DNA of 64,000 nucleotides from Lama guanicoe (GCA_013239625.1 MU053934.1:2498399-2562398), one strand, 5' to 3'; positions 1 to 14,166 are shown, numbered from the stretch's first letter. The notes: generated by a model from the letters alone, not told the origin. Program-made: numbers and translations.

Positions 1-258
1 TCAGCTGGAAGGCACTTCATTCCTCTCTACATGGGTTCTCCTTGGGGCTGCCACAGTTTGGTGGCTGAGTTCCCAGAGGTGTAGTGAAAGTTGCTAGTCC
101 CCTGGGGCCTGTGCCCAGAAACTGGTGTGGCATCATTTCCTCCATGTTCTTTTGTTCAAAACAGTCCTGAGGCCACCCTGATTCAAGGGGAAGGCACACA
201 GGCCTCACATCTTGATAGGAGTTGTTGTAGAATTTTTGGACATCTTTAATCTACCCTA
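1..258. mobile_element. MaLR (MLT1-type) LTR fragment, truncated by the window edge
   Basis: Resembles the MLT1 terminal segment (...ttcaaggggaaggcacacaggcctcacatcttgataggag...tttaatctacc); subfamily not determined. Confidence 0.55.
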
Positions 259-1344
259 GTGCCTCACAGCAGAGGCTCTGGGCACCTCTTCTTCTCCTGA
301 TAGACTGACTTATTTAAAATTTAAACATGGCTAGTGTTAAGGGGCTCATCTCATACATTTTGCAGTTGCTTTATTTCTAAACTACAGTGACTGATTACAA
401 CACACTGAGAACATTTTGATATTGTATTGTGATTTTTTTTTCTGTTGGTGGGACTCTTCTGCATTTAATTAATTTATACTGATTTGGAATGACTTGAGAG
501 ACTGATCTGAGATTGTAACATCTCAAAGAGAATAAAAAAGCAGGTGACAGACTTTTGAAAAATTTTGCAATTCACACTAAGCTTGGGGTTTTCTCAGGAA
601 AAACAGGCAAAGCTGTTTTATTTATGCAGAATCGAGAGAGGAGCAAGACAGTCTGTTGGTCCTTTCTTTCCTGCTTAAATACATCTGTTGCTTGCTATTT
701 TTCATTTCAGGGATGATGGATTGGTTGTGTGATGTACTTGGATTAAATACTTGGGCTAAAGCATCTCATATATTTGCCCATCAACTTCTCTTTGTAGCAG
801 ATTTAATATTCCGTCTGAGATGCCAGATTGAATTAAATGCTTTTTTAAAGCCTACAGCCTCACAAAAACCTTTCCCCAGTCAGCACATTTTTACCACATT
901 TAAAAAATAAGCATCCGCAGTGAAACAATGCAGGCTGTGGTTTCTTTTCTAGGGAAGAATCCAGTCTGGCTTTCGGGGGTGATGTAACTGGTCAGAGAAC
1001 TGAGGATCCTGAGGCTGAAGTCTTGTCAAGGCTGAGCCTCCAGACTCCAGAGCTTTCTTCTCATCTTGAGTCATCCCTCTTTGCCTGGATCACAGGAACT
1101 GGCTTGATGGAGTCAATTGGTACTCTTTTTGAGGGTAACTTTTGTGTAATTTTAACACTCCTCTGCCTTCCTGTGGGAACCCCACACACTTCTAGTTTGG
1201 GGACTTGTTTGGTCTCTTGTCATCCAGGGTTCACATGAAGGAAACTCACAGGGATGGTGATGAGGAGATGGTTGCTTCAATGATTTAATATTTAGAGGAT
1301 GTCTCAAAGGAGGTGATTTTCAAAGTACCACACCACTGACTTGC

Positions 1345-1998
1345 TATGCAGTTACTTTCAGCCCCAGGTTCCTCATCTGTAAAATGGGGAGAGTAATGGT
1401 TGTGGTGATAATTAAATTAATGCCATTTAATGCATGTATTAGTTATCTATTGCTGTGTAACAAATAGCACCCCTCACAGGTTCAACAGCTTAAAACAACA
1501 AGCATTATCTCGAAGTTTCTGTGGATCAGGGAGCTGCTTAGCTGGGTGGTCCTCTGGCTCAGGGTCTCTCATGAGGCTCTGTTCAAGGTGGTGGCCAGAG
1601 CTGCAATCATCCAAAGGCTGGAATGGGGTATGATCCACTTCCAGGCTCACTCACATGGCTGTTGGTAAGTCTTAGTTCCTTGCCACACTGAATGACCTTT
1701 CAACATGACTGGTGGCCTCCCCCAGAGGGAGGGACTCAAGAGAGGGAGGGAGAAAGCAGTCTCTTGGTGGATGAATGCCACAGTCTTTTATAATTATATC
1801 CTAATCTTGAAAATGACACCCTGTCACTTTTGCTGTATTTTATTTGCTAGAAGTGAATCACTTAAGTCCAACCCATACACAGCAGGAGGGGAATTAAACT
1901 CCACCTCTCTGGGAAGAAGTATCAAAGAATTTGTGGATATATCTTTAAAAATCACCACAGCACAGTTGTGGGCATGTAGCAGATAATCAATAAATGAT
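1345..1998 (+). mobile_element. MIR SINE split by an MLT1 insertion
   Basis: MIR core (ttcctcatctgtaaaatgggg...attaaat...aatgca) ends at 1434 and resumes at 1960 (gcacagttgtgggcatgtag...caataaatg). Confidence 0.6.
1435..1959. mobile_element. MaLR MLT1-type solo LTR
   Basis: Begins tgtattagttatctattgctgtgtaacaaat and ends ...ttaaaaatcaccaca (TG...CA), typical MLT1 termini; about 525 bp. Confidence 0.8.
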
Positions 1999-3141
1999 TA
2001 GATGTTATTAATAGCTTAGCAGACAAACTCACTTCTTGGTGGGTTGATTTCCAGGCCGACTTTGGAGACATCCCACTTTTATCAGGTGAAAGGAATCCTG
2101 GGCTCAATCCAATCAACAGATTGGAGATGACCTCCACACAATGAGATTTGATCTTTCATTCTCTTGTCACTTGGGAGGGAAGGCTTTGCTGACATCTCCT
2201 CTGTTGTGCTGCATCAATCAGTGCAAAGACTCTAGGAGAGGAGCTCACATCACTTAAAATTCACTTCTCTAAACTGAGCATATTTTCTTCCCTGACAGTC
2301 AGTGCAGTGTCTTCCCAACTGGGGCCAAGGGATGACACCAGGGATACCACCTGGACTGAGGGGCAGAGCATACCCTCGGGGAAGGGCTCTCAGCTCCTCT
2401 TGCCCCTGGCAGTTTTACATTCCAAAAACAGAGACGATTTTTAAAAATAAATGTATTTATTTCACTATAGAGCATTACCCCAAATTTGGGCAAAAGAGGA
2501 AAAATGGGTGGGGGGGGGAAGACCTCTACAAACTTAATACAACCACACTTTGTGATATTTCATTTTCAGTTTCCCATGTAGTTTCCTATTTTTACTACAA
2601 GCAGTTGCAACTACAATTTCATATTCTGATTCTTTTCACTTAACTGTGTCACATGTGTATTTGTATTACATGGTCCTTCACCACTTTTTAGTTTTTGATG
2701 GCTGTATAATACTTCAGTGGGTGAATGTACCATAGTTTGCTTAACTGTTCTTCACTTTTTCATTTATTTCAATCAGTTCTTTATATATTTATTTTTAATA
2801 AATAAGTTGTTGTATCATATTCTGCCATAATTATTTTTTCCCATGTTGTTTTGCCTTTTAATTTTTACCATTTTCTTTAAAATGGTCACATTAGTCACAT
2901 TAATTAGGTACAGGCTAGATGGGTGTACCTAGAAGTGTTAAACCTTTTCCCCCAGGGAATTACTGTTGCCTCTAAACTTGGAAAGCCCTTTCTTTTATTA
3001 TAATATCCCCTCTTCACTGACAGTGTCTACATGGCTTTGAAAAATTCGTCTGGAATTAATTTTGAAGTATAGCATTAAAAAGGGGTCCAACAATGAGATT
3101 TATTTTCTTTCCCAAATTACTGACTCGTTGGTCCAACATTA

Positions 3142-3147
3142 TTTATT
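3142..3147 (-). terminator. FOXRED2: Candidate FOXRED2 polyadenylation signal (AATAAA)
   Basis: Minus strand reads tgcAATAAAtaatgttgg, ~2.3 kb past the stop; other AATAAA hexamers lie nearby, so the site used is uncertain. Confidence 0.35.
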
Positions 3148-5454
3148 GCACGGTCCCGCACAACCTTTTCCATTGGTTTGTGATTCCCTTTTAAAATCAC
3201 CTTGGTCTTACTTAGAACAGGGGCTGTTTCTGGCCTACTGTTTTCACTGATTTGTCTGTTTTGTACAAATAATTTTATAATATTTTAATAAAGAAGGAAT
3301 GAATGAAGTCAGGCCTTGGCTAGAAAAGGAACTTGTTCTGGTTGGAAACAATGAGATCTCCTGGAGGGCTGTCTGGACTTGACAAGAAAAGGAAGTGAGG
3401 CACTGAAGTAGGAAATGTGAGTTTATGTAATGCAGCAGGAAGACAGCAGGCACCCAAAGATGGCATGCCCAAGGCAGCACGCAGTCAGGGGCCAGGATTC
3501 ACAAAAAAGGCTGGACGGTAGGGGTTGCCAGGAGGATTTAGACAGGCCTCCAGCAAATGCAGCAACGGTCTTCATAGGAAAAAGTACTTCTCTGTTTGAA
3601 GCCAACTATTAATTGACAGGAAAGAAACCAGGGAATGCCTGTCTCTCATCAGCTAAGCAAGAACTGAACCTTGTCTTACTAAACACAAGTAAGGCTGGTG
3701 ATATTTGGATGGAATTAACAATCTGGCAGATAACGGGACAAGCAGCAGCTGTCACTTAGCTAGGCATCAGTAGACTGTGTTACAGCACCTCGAACTTGTA
3801 CTGGAACGAGGGGCTCAGCCAGGCTCTGGTAACTGTGTAGGTGAGATGTGCATAAGAGGGTTTGATATCATGAGTATGGTCCTAGTGAAAAGATTTTTAA
3901 AAAAGCTTTTGGAAAAGGAAGGGTGGACTGATGGGACCCAGTATGGGTTTACCTGTAATCTACATGAAATACGGCGAGCCCAGCATCTTGGGATTAGGGA
4001 CAGATCCTTAATTTAGAAGTTTCAGCCCTGTACAAATTATGCCAGGTATTGCCAGGGGGAAACACCTCCTCCCTGACAGGCTAAGGCTGCTGGAGTCTCC
4101 TTGTTGTAACTCTGCAAATGACTGGAGGACAGACAGCAGGGCCGGGGATGAGGGATTTCAACCCAGCCAAGAGAGGAAGAGGCTGTTCCCAGAAAAGGGC
4201 TGTGGGTCCAGGAAGCCCACGTCCGACCAGTTTTGTACAGATACAAGAAGGACTGGTAAGAACCAGTGAGAAAACAACCACCTATGATTTGGGGCTTGGA
4301 AAAACCACCATGATTATTTTCTGTACAAATGCTTTCCCATGGCTCATTCATCAGTGGGACTAAAATGCCTGATGGGAGAGGAAGAAGGGAGCAGATTCCT
4401 GGTGAGGAAGGACAATGAGAACAGCCAGAACAGCTCAGGGAACCAGAAACTAAATTCATCGTTATCTTATAAATGCATTTATAAACGATTCCTTGCACAC
4501 GTTGAGCCGGGCTCTGTGCAGACAGTGGGGTCAGTCACCTCTGGCAGAATCCCCACTGGAACACAGCATGGTGGCAATTTTCCAGACATAATCGGGCAGG
4601 GGAGAGGCAAGGGCCTGTTCAGGATGCCAGAGCACAGGGGTAGGATGAAAGAGGAGAGAACACAGAGGTTGAAGACAAGTCAGGGAGTGCAGTCCTGGGA
4701 AGAGGACAGCTCTGAGTTCTGCACTTGCTCTGCTCGCTAGCAGAGAGGCTGCTTAGATAAGACAGCCCTGCAGGGAGCCGTCCTATCTCTGCCTGATGAC
4801 GACCCCCAGGCCTAGGATGATAAGCCCCATGAGCCCAGCTGGCCCCCAGGGGTTCTGAACAGAGGCCGGGGTGGGGAGAGGCAGTGTGCTCAGGTGCGAC
4901 AGGCTTTAGGGCTATCCAGACGGGGACTCCTGGCCGGGACCTGGGAGTCACCTGACCTCTCGGAGCTGGTGTTTTCATCAGGGGGTAACGTCCCACTTGC
5001 CCCACGTAGTCAAGGACATTAGAGCTCTTGTTTTAAAGTGCCTGCTACAACCCTTATGAAGATGAGGGTGGATTTCACTTGTGAAACGCTCCACAGGTGG
5101 GTGGGATCCAAGCCCCCCTGAAGAGTAGACTAGAAAAAGAACCACTGGGCACTTGATGGGAACAGAACGGAAGCCAACCTGGTGCTCAGTGACAGTTCAT
5201 CTGCAGACAAGTTCGGTGTGGAAGGCGGCTCCCTTCCATCTGGCAGAAGATTCCTTCTCTGGACGCCACTTCCCAGGCACCCCTGAACGGAGCAGGAGAG
5301 GAGACCATGGTGTGGCCACCCTTCAGCCCTTAACGTGCCTTCCATGTGGCTTTGGTGCAGTCACTGCGATGATCTGAGGGGTCTTTGGCAATCACGTTGG
5401 TGGGAGCGTGGAACCGTGGAGAGACCGTGGGCCTGGGTGGGGACAGCCTGGCCA

Positions 5455-5714
5455 TCAGAGTTCCTCTTTGTTGCTGTCGAAGTGCTGGACCGGAGGTCCT
5501 GGAGCCAGAGGCTGCCCTCCCGGCCCCTGGCTGCCAGGCTGCTGGCCACTGTCCCCCGGGCGCCGGCCCACAGCGGCATAGTCCCGCAGGAGCCCGCTCT
5601 CCACTCCGTGCTGGCGAAGGCTCTCGGTTCCCACAAGCCCCTGTGTTCTCAGGTACCCCTGCTGGCAAAAGGGCGGCAGCTTCTGGCGCGTTAGGGCGAA
5701 CAGGAAACAGGACT
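5455..5714 (-). CDS. FOXRED2: FOXRED2 last coding exon ([11 protein letters not shown]...SNKEEL*)
   Basis: Acceptor atgtag|AG, TGA at 5457-5455, 260 nt; ends in the ER-retrieval signal KEEL. Confidence 0.96.
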
Positions 5715-8463
5715 CTACATAAAAACAAAAGACCAGGCCGAGAGGTGTGGGGAGAGGTGGAGGAGGGTTTGCTGATGCGCTGGGGGTCTCACCTGGGACC
5801 CTCTTCCCCTTGAGCCTGGGAACTGACTTTCCTGGGTCTCTCACGTGTGACCTGGGTAGCTGTGGCTCTCATGTCTTCCTGAAGTTTCAAGAATAGGAGG
5901 CTGCCTTGACATTCTGGAAAAAACCAGGCTCCAGAGGGAAGCAAACCAAAGAGGTGACTCAGCTCCCAGAGATGGGGGCCCTGCAGGCTGCTGTGCGTGG
6001 AGCTGGCGGCCTGGGACTCAGGGGCCGCCCCTCAGCCTTCTCTGCTGGGGGCTGAGAACTCGGTGGTCAGTCCCATTTTGAGCTCAGAGTTCCCTGCAAA
6101 GATTAATTCCCTCGACCATATCTGAGTTGCAGATACAGCATGTGAAGCACTGTTTCAAGCACCATGGGAGCTACTGAGATAAACCCTGTAAATCCTCATC
6201 TGTGCCACAGCAGGAAGCTGATGTGCAGGTCACACCTGATCAATTAGGAAACAGCTGTGGATACGTACGATTTAGAAATATGAAGAGACAGCCAGAAGAG
6301 CTAGAAGCAGGTCCCTCCGGGGAGTGGGACTGGAAGTGGGGAAAAAGCCAAGTACTTACATAACTGTAATTTAAAAAACAGGAAGGATGAAACAGATATG
6401 GGCTCAGTCTTCTGAGGGATTTAGAGACAGGACAGCAAGATGGAGTGAGTGTCAGAAAACCATCCTGGGCATATTACAAAGGATGCTGTGAGGCTTACAC
6501 GAGTGAATAGCCTGTGAGGTGCCACGCGAATACTGTTTCCTACTTTACCTCTGACTTACAGTACAGAGGGCCCCTGGCAGGATGGGCCATGGCCATCCTC
6601 TCTGAGCAGGGAAGACAGCAGATGAGAGAGAGGCCGGGGGAGGGGCAGTGAGGAGGCCTTCGGGCAAGCACCCACTGCTGATAGCATACACCAGTCACCC
6701 CTTCTGCAGGGGCCAGGGGGCAGAGAAGCCCAGCACACGTGGGGCCAGAACTAGCAGCTGCATGTCTGCTAACGGGGTAGAAAAAAGCCCACCTGTTGCC
6801 AGCTGGCCCTTTGTGGGGAGGATTCTTGCCAGTTCAAGGCAGTGACACTTGGTAGCTTGTCCTGTTGAGTAGATCTAGGGACCGGGAGCCCAGAGGCTAA
6901 AGGGCCTGTGATGATGTGTTGTGGGAGCCATCACTCAGGGCAGGAATACACTCCCTAGGAGGCACTGACATCTCTTGTGTCCTCCTGAAACCCCAAGAAA
7001 CAGGCAGGGGTTTTGGAGCTGAGGTCTCTAGACCTATAAAGTGTAATTTCACGTGTAAGTGTATGGTTAGAGCTGACGTCGGCAGAATGCTGCTACTGCA
7101 AAGCTGCTTAGTGCTGCTCTATGAGTTACGTCTGTTTGAGCATCACATATATTGAGACTATTAACTGAAACTATTGTTTTAAGCCATTGCCCTTAATATA
7201 CACATTTTTATTTCAAAGAGGACTGAGGGATGGAACAAGAACTCTTGCTCCCTGATCTGCAGGCCAAGGACTGACCATCCCTAACCTGGCTTGATATGGA
7301 CAGTGCCTGATACACAACCACTGTCCAGCAGATGTTTGCTGAACAGAAAAACGGAGTAGATACCCTGGTAATTCAGGGGGTTAAAAAAAGAAAAGGACAA
7401 AAATTTGGCTTGTTTCAGCCATTTCTCCCTCTGGTTCATTCGACTTTCTCCCCAGGTCCCTCTCTGGGTTTGACTGTCAGAGCCATCTTCCCGTTCACCA
7501 GTTCTCCCTTCGTCTCTGGCTGGGGTGCGACTACTACCCGATACTGAGTTTCTAATTACAAATTTATATTTTCGCTTCCTGAAGTCTTATCTGGGCCTTT
7601 CTCAAGACTGCCCAGTCAGGTCTGGTAGTCCTACCCTTCCATTCTATCTTCAGTAGTCTCTTATTTACTCACAGATTTTGGACACACTTTCCACCCTCTA
7701 CCTGACCGCTCCAATTCCTGCCGTCTCTGGAGGTTTGATCCCACAGGGAGTTGGCTCTGCCGACACTCCCTCAAGGCGGTTTGTGTCCTTGTGTGTTAAG
7801 TGATTTTTGCTTGGGAGTGCGCGCTCCTGGGAACTTTATCTGTGCGAATTCTCGGAGGCCTAGGTTTAAAGTGTGTTTCCCCACAGAAGACGTGCACTGA
7901 CTTCTGTGATTTCTGCACCACGATGATAGTGTGAACTTTGGCCCTAAACTTACACGAGTGAGGCCTAATAGACGGAAATTCTCAGGGGAGATTTTTACCT
8001 CCTGACTGTACCCAGAGCCAAAAAGTATGTCTTCTCTCTCTCGGGAGTGCCTTCTGCTTCCCAGTTTACCCTGAGATCCCAGCTTTATTTGAGGGTCTCT
8101 GTCTCTGCCCTGCTCCAGCCTTGCCTTCCAACCCCCAAGTGCCGGTCAGCGGTCCAGGCTCTGGGCTACTGACGATCAGCAGACAGTCCTCGTCTCGCGG
8201 TGGGTTTGTGCTTTTCTCAGTGTCCGGCCTCTGGGCCGTTCCCATTTTCCTGCCAGTTCTTTAAAGACATTTGATAGAGTGTTTTCAGCTGTGCTGTTCT
8301 GGGAGGGGGTTTCTGTGAACACCGAGCCTTCCACACAGTAGGAGACAGGAGTCTCCGATCTGGGTTTCTAGATGTGTACCCTAAAATTCTGCAAGGCACA
8401 GATCTACCTCGTTTTCTTCAACCTCCAGCTGAGCCCCTTTGTCATTCCGTGAACTTAAGTTAC

Positions 8464-8634
8464 CTGCATAGAAGCTTCGCAAATCGGTGTCCAAACAGTT
8501 CTCCAGGAAGCGCCTCAGAGGCAGAATGTGACCCACCGGGGCCGTCCAGTCTGTCAGGAAGTCTTCCACGATGTGGTGGATGGCCGTGGGGCGCGGCAGG
8601 GGCCAGTCTGCAGGGCGGAACCTCACCTCCTGCT
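8464..8634 (-). CDS. FOXRED2: FOXRED2 coding exon 7 (EQEVRFRP...DLRSFYA)
   Basis: ccacag|AG ... GCAG|gtaact; 171 nt; phase 1/1. Confidence 0.96.
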
Positions 8635-9881
8635 CTGTGGGGAGAAGGAGGGGCACTGTGTCAGAGCCGAGCACAGGGCTTCCCTTCCTGGGGCTGATGA
8701 AGCAGCTCTGCCTGTCTCAGGGGCCTGCCCTCTCCCTCCCTCCCCTCCAGCCTTCCCGACACACCTCTGGGCGGCCACAGTCAGCTTGCTCAGCTGCCTC
8801 TCCCGATGTCTGGAAGGTTGACGGGAGGAACAGGGACTAGGCTAGACTCATCCCTTGTGCTAACAGAAGGCAGAACAAAGACCCATCACTTGAACTTGGT
8901 TTTTTTCTAAGACTTCCACGGACTGAGGTCTACCGTGGCTGCTTTGAAATTCATCTTTCTGGGGTCCTGCCTTGAAGGTCCTTTCTGGGGTCCTTCCTTG
9001 AAGGGGTCTTAGAGCCCCTCTAGTCCAGTCTCCTACCTGGTGGACGCCCTCCTGTGTGTCTCCATCAGAGGGCATCGAGCCACATCCATCCCTGTATCGG
9101 GAAACTTGACTCTGGGAGGTGATCCTTCCACCGTGGGACAGCTTTCACGGTCAGCTGCTCCTTACATGGAACATAAACCTGCACTCCTCTCACTTCTGCA
9201 TGTTGATACTACCTCTGCCCTGGGGATCGTGATCTGTTTTTAGCTCATCCTCTCCCAGGTGACATCCCTGCAAGTTCTGAAGCAGGAGGCACACTCCCCT
9301 AGCTGTTCATCTGTGGGCAGCTGCTCCATGCCGGGTGCTGCGCTGGCGCTCTGCCGCGTCATCTTGTTCACCCTCACACAGTCCTGCCGGGAGGGTCCTA
9401 CTCCCCCCACCCCCATCTCACACATGAGGAAACTGAGGCTTGGTGGGGGTTAAGGAATGGTCCAAGCCACACGGCGAGGAGAGGACAGCCCTGGGAACTC
9501 CACCCACCTTTTCTGTACTCTTTCCTGCTACATTCCGGCTCCAACCAGTTCCCACTCCTCCTGTTCCTTCTAATCATCAGCTTCCAGATCACTCCTCCCC
9601 ACTCCACGGTCAGCCTCCTTTGGAGATGGCAACGACAGTGCCCCTCTTACTCTGTGGGGTCTGGAGGCGACCACGACACTCCACGTGTGGCCTGCCCAGG
9701 TCATGGTTTGGGCCAGAATCTGGGAATAACGTTTATCATTCTTGGACCTTCTGCCCCATTTAGCCTCTGGGCAGAGACCCCTGTGGCCCCGCTTCCATAA
9801 GCCAAGGGGGCTGGGTGACGGCTTAATGGTGAAGGGGTCCGGGGAGTGCCCAGGCCCGGGGGAGAGCAGACACCCGCTCAC

Positions 9882-10123
9882 CGGTGGGGAGGTGCCTGTA
9901 GTAGTAGATGACCGGGTGGAGGAAGTTGGACTGCCAGGCGTCTTCCGTGTGCCCCACAGATCGGTCATAAAAGAAGACGTCCTTGTCGGGCCCAGAGAAA
10001 TTCTTGCCGTACTCCATGTTGATCACGAAGAGCCCGTGCCTGGCCTGTCTTCCTGTTATCGACTCCAGCTGGGCCAGCATCCGCATGGGGAACTCCTCCA
10101 GGTACTCGAAAGCTGTGGCATTC
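9882..10123 (-). CDS. FOXRED2: FOXRED2 coding exon 6 ([11 protein letters not shown]...YYYRHLPT)
   Basis: tcccag|G ... ACCG|gtgagc; 242 nt. Confidence 0.96.
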
Positions 10124-11496
10124 CTGGGACAGTGGCAGCACGGCCGGAGGAAGATGCTCAGTGCTGCGCAGCGGTGAGAGGTGTGCGTGCATGCGTGTAC
10201 CTGCCTCTCAGTCCAAGAAGCAGCCACCAAACAGCGTGCTGACCCTGATCAGCCCCGCTCACCTCACTCTGGTGTGACCGTGACAGCAGAGCCCTGACTT
10301 GCACCTGGGAGAGACGACTGAAAGCTGAGTAACCTGAAACGGGTATCTGGGGAAAGGGTGAGCCAGGCTGAGAACAGTGACAGAAAAGCCCGAGGAGAGA
10401 GTGCACGCTGGTGGGTTCAAGGGGCAGGAAGCAGGCCAGTGTGGCCGAAGTGGAGTTGAGGGGAAAGGGCAGGAAAGGGGGCTGGGGAGGTTGGTGGGGG
10501 GGGCAAGAAGGGCTGTGTGCGTCACCATGGGAACTTCGGGCCTCCTCTGGATCAAGGGAAGCCACTGGCCCTTGGAAGGTACTGAACACTGATGAATTCA
10601 TGTGACCTAAGTTTTAAAAGGGCCACGCCAGCCACCGTGTTGAGCACAGACCACGGGGCCAAGGTGAGAGGCTGCTCTATCAGTGCAGATGAGGGATACT
10701 TGTGGTCCAGACCAGGGTGGCGGGGGCAGTTGTGGGACTGGTGAGGGGCTCAGATTTGCGACACAGTTAGAAGGTAGCGCTGACAGGATCTACGTATAGT
10801 GTGAATGTGGTGAGCAGGTGTGAAAGAGAGAGGAGTCAAGGGTGATGGTGGTTTTGTGCTGAGTACCTCTGAGTTTCCTGCACGTCCTTGAACTTGGTGT
10901 GCTGCTGTGCTCACTGGCTTTGGACCAGGCTGTTCCCTCTGAGGCTTCTCAACTGCCACCTGTCCTTGGAGGCCCTCCTGACCCAGCTCTTCCCCCTTCC
11001 CTGCTCTGCCTGATTTCCTTCTCAGGAAGTGTCCTCTGTGATCTGCCTTTTATCACTTGATTGACTAGGAGCCAACACGGTCCCCAGCCAGGGAGCCCAT
11101 AAACCCACACAGATGGTGCCACTGTCATCACTGCAGTTCACTGCTCACCTGTTTGGTGCCAGATACTTTCCACCAGTTACCTTTACCCCTTCCTCCAGTC
11201 CTGCAAGGGAGGTGTTATTATCCCCATTTTGCAGATTAGAGAAAGGCTCGGAGAGGCAGACTAACTTGCCCCAGATCAAAGAGGTAGAAAATGGCAAAGC
11301 TGGAGTCACACCCAGGTCCATCCATCTGTCTGTCTGCAAAGCTTGTGGTGTTGATTTCACGATTCTCCCCAGAACAGACTGCTCTCCCCCTGCCGCCCCA
11401 ACCCCAGCTGGCTTCATCTTAGGAAAGAACCCCTGGGCTATTCCCCACCTGGAACAGGCGGAGAACAAGCCAGGGATGAGGGTGTGGACTACTCAC

Positions 11497-11662
11497 TCCT
11501 TCAACAGGACCACGTCGGCCAGCACACTGAACATCTGGTAGAGCCCGGAAGCCTCGTTGACACGCCGGATGATGGCACTGGCCAGCTGTGTGATGGGGTG
11601 CTGGGTGGAGGGCCAGGGGACACTGTGGTGGCGCTGCTCCAGCAGCCGGTGGACGGCACGCA
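11497..11662 (-). CDS. FOXRED2: FOXRED2 coding exon 5 (VRAVHRLLE...DVVLLKE)
   Basis: tttcag|TG ... AAGGA|gtgagt; 166 nt. Confidence 0.96.
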
Positions 11663-13312
11663 CTGAAACGACCAGAGGGAGGAAGGGCATGCAGCACTTC
11701 AGATGTTATCTTTCACCACTGGGAGGGACGCAGAGGCCCCATCAGCTCTGAACTCAGGGCACACTTGTATGCACGGCTCCAAGGAGATGCCTTTAGAGCA
11801 GGGTTCATACATGTTTTCCAGAAGGGGCAGGGTGGGAGGCGTCTTGGCCACACTACTCAATTCGGCCTCTGGTGGGAAAGCAGCCGTAGAGATGGGGAAC
11901 TGAGTTGGCGTGGCTGGATGTGGTCCCCTGGCCAGAGTCTGCCCGCTTCTGCTTTAGGCCATCTGCATATGGAAATCCCACCACAGTCACCTTGTGTGGT
12001 GTGTCTAGACAAGACCCAGATCCCTCCTCTGAAGCCTCTCCCTCCTCACAGTCCCCGAGTCTATCAGGGACACCCAGACGGAAACTCTGACTGCCCCCTC
12101 TCCTTCACAGCCAAAATCCAATCTGTTGCTAAGCTCTATTTGGAGATACTTTGTATATTGACATAAGGACAGAAAAACAGCAGCTATCTTAAACAACAAG
12201 CAGACATTTTTCTGTGTCCCCGGGGCTGCTGTCACACAGCTGGGAGACTGGGGCACCGCACACAGGGGCCTGCTCTTCGAAACAAACCAATGCAACACGC
12301 AAATCCAATAAAGGCAAGGACACAGACAATCACGTGTCAGGAGACCTGGATGGCTAATGGTCACAGGAAAGGAGGTTCACCCTTGCTAGTCAGACAGACA
12401 TCTGGTTCTCTAGCACTGGTTAGGCTGCGTTTTGTGAAAGGCTGAGGAATTACTCAGCTAGGGAACTGCGGGGAGGTGCCTGACAGAAGGAACGCGTGTG
12501 CAAAGACATGAAACCTCAAGAGAAAACCGGCATATTCCGGAAAGCAGGCGAGGCTGGGCTGGGAGGGCGAGCTGGGGCCACCATACAAGGCTCCGGATGC
12601 CATGCCGAGCACCTGGATGGGGAGCCCCTGGAAGTTTTTTCGTTTAAAGAACAGTTGTTTTGGTGGGTATCGGAGCAGCTGGATGGGAAGCCAGAGAGAA
12701 CAGTGGCAGGAGGACCAGTTAGGAGAGACCAAGAGGCCCCATGTCCGGAAAGTGACGCTGGGATGGATGGGAGAGAGACGGCAGGTCCTACCCTCCCCGG
12801 TTACCATCAGTGCCGCCTGTCTTCCACCTTCCATTGCTTTACTCTGCCTTGCTGTTTTCTACTTTTCTCCCGTGGGACCTGTTTCTCAGCTGAACGATGC
12901 GCAGGGCTGGGCAGGATGGATGGTCCTCTGCTGGTAGCGGGGACCCTGGTAAACAGTGGCCTGTCCACCCATGACTGTTTCCCATTTGCCTGAAGCTCAG
13001 GGGTTCTCTGTGAGCTTCAGAGTCAGATGGGTGTGGATTCAAAGGCTCCCTCTGCTGGCCACTGGCTGGGCGACTTTGGGTAACTTACTTCTCTGTGCCC
13101 ATTTCCTTATACGAAAAATGGAGTTGAAATAACAGGATCTGTCTCATGGGACTGTTGTAAGGATTAAGAATGTGACCTGGGGGGAAGATCAGGGGACAGA
13201 AGGAAACAAGAGAGATGAGGCAGGACCTGCCAGGAGAGCAGGTGCAGAGAGAGAGTAACAGGCACAGGAGGGATGAGGAGGGCTTCGTGCTGGGGAGATA
13301 CCTTTCCCATTC

Positions 13313-13341
13313 TGTGTGTGTGTGTGTGCGCGCGCGTGTAT
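13313..13341. repeat. (TG)8(CG)4 alternating purine-pyrimidine tract
   Basis: Read directly: tgtgtgtgtgtgtgtgcgcgcgcgtgtat. Confidence 0.9.
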
Positions 13342-14166
13342 TCGCTTTGCAAATCCCGCAAATAGTTGTAAACAGACAGCTAGTTGCTTCTCTGACGACA
13401 GGTGGGGGCTATAAAATACATGGTCTGGAAATCAACACCAAAACATGATTGTCTTTCCTTGCCAAACTGGAAGGGTGGTGAAATGCAAAAACCAGCATTT
13501 AGACAAGTGAGGCATCAAGTTAAAAGCAGAGAGATCAGGGTGAAGGACTCATATGGTGTTTTTATGGCAAAATTAACTGACCCATGTAACACTCACCATG
13601 CAATAAAGCACCCACCCAGCAGCCTACCCAGAGTGTGGAAAGTCTGTACTCTTAGTACTGAGGGTTCTGAAAAAGAACTGATATAATCCCACTGCAATTT
13701 GTACTGAAATTTGTTGCTACCCCAGGAGTCTATGTACGGAGCGCTTCACAGCTGCACGGTCTTAGTCCTTGCAACAGTCCCACAGGGGCGGCAAGTTCAC
13801 CTCATTTACATCTCTGACTTGCAGGACGGCCAACAGAGGCTCAGAGAGGTTACAAGGTCTCACCCTTGAGACTACCCAGCTGCTAATCCAGATTAGCATT
13901 GTTACCAATACGTGGTAAGCTGCACAGGGCTTAAGCATGTAGCGTGCCACCCACAGATGGACTTCCTTTTACACTTTATCTGATGTATCTTCTCTAGATG
14001 TATCTTCGGACTGCCATAACCCACTGCTGTCTGCCCCGGCAAGGGAATTTATAGTAATCGACTGCTCATAAGCAATCACTTTAAGGCTGGTTTAAGAGAA
14101 TCGGGCATGTGTTAAACCTTGGGGATGGTTCTGTCTGGGGACAGCAGCCCTCTCTGCCTGGCTCAC

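Noticed and set aside
1..3000. TXN2 promoter or first exon expected by synteny
   Set aside because: No CpG island or thioredoxin coding sequence seen; presumably outside the window
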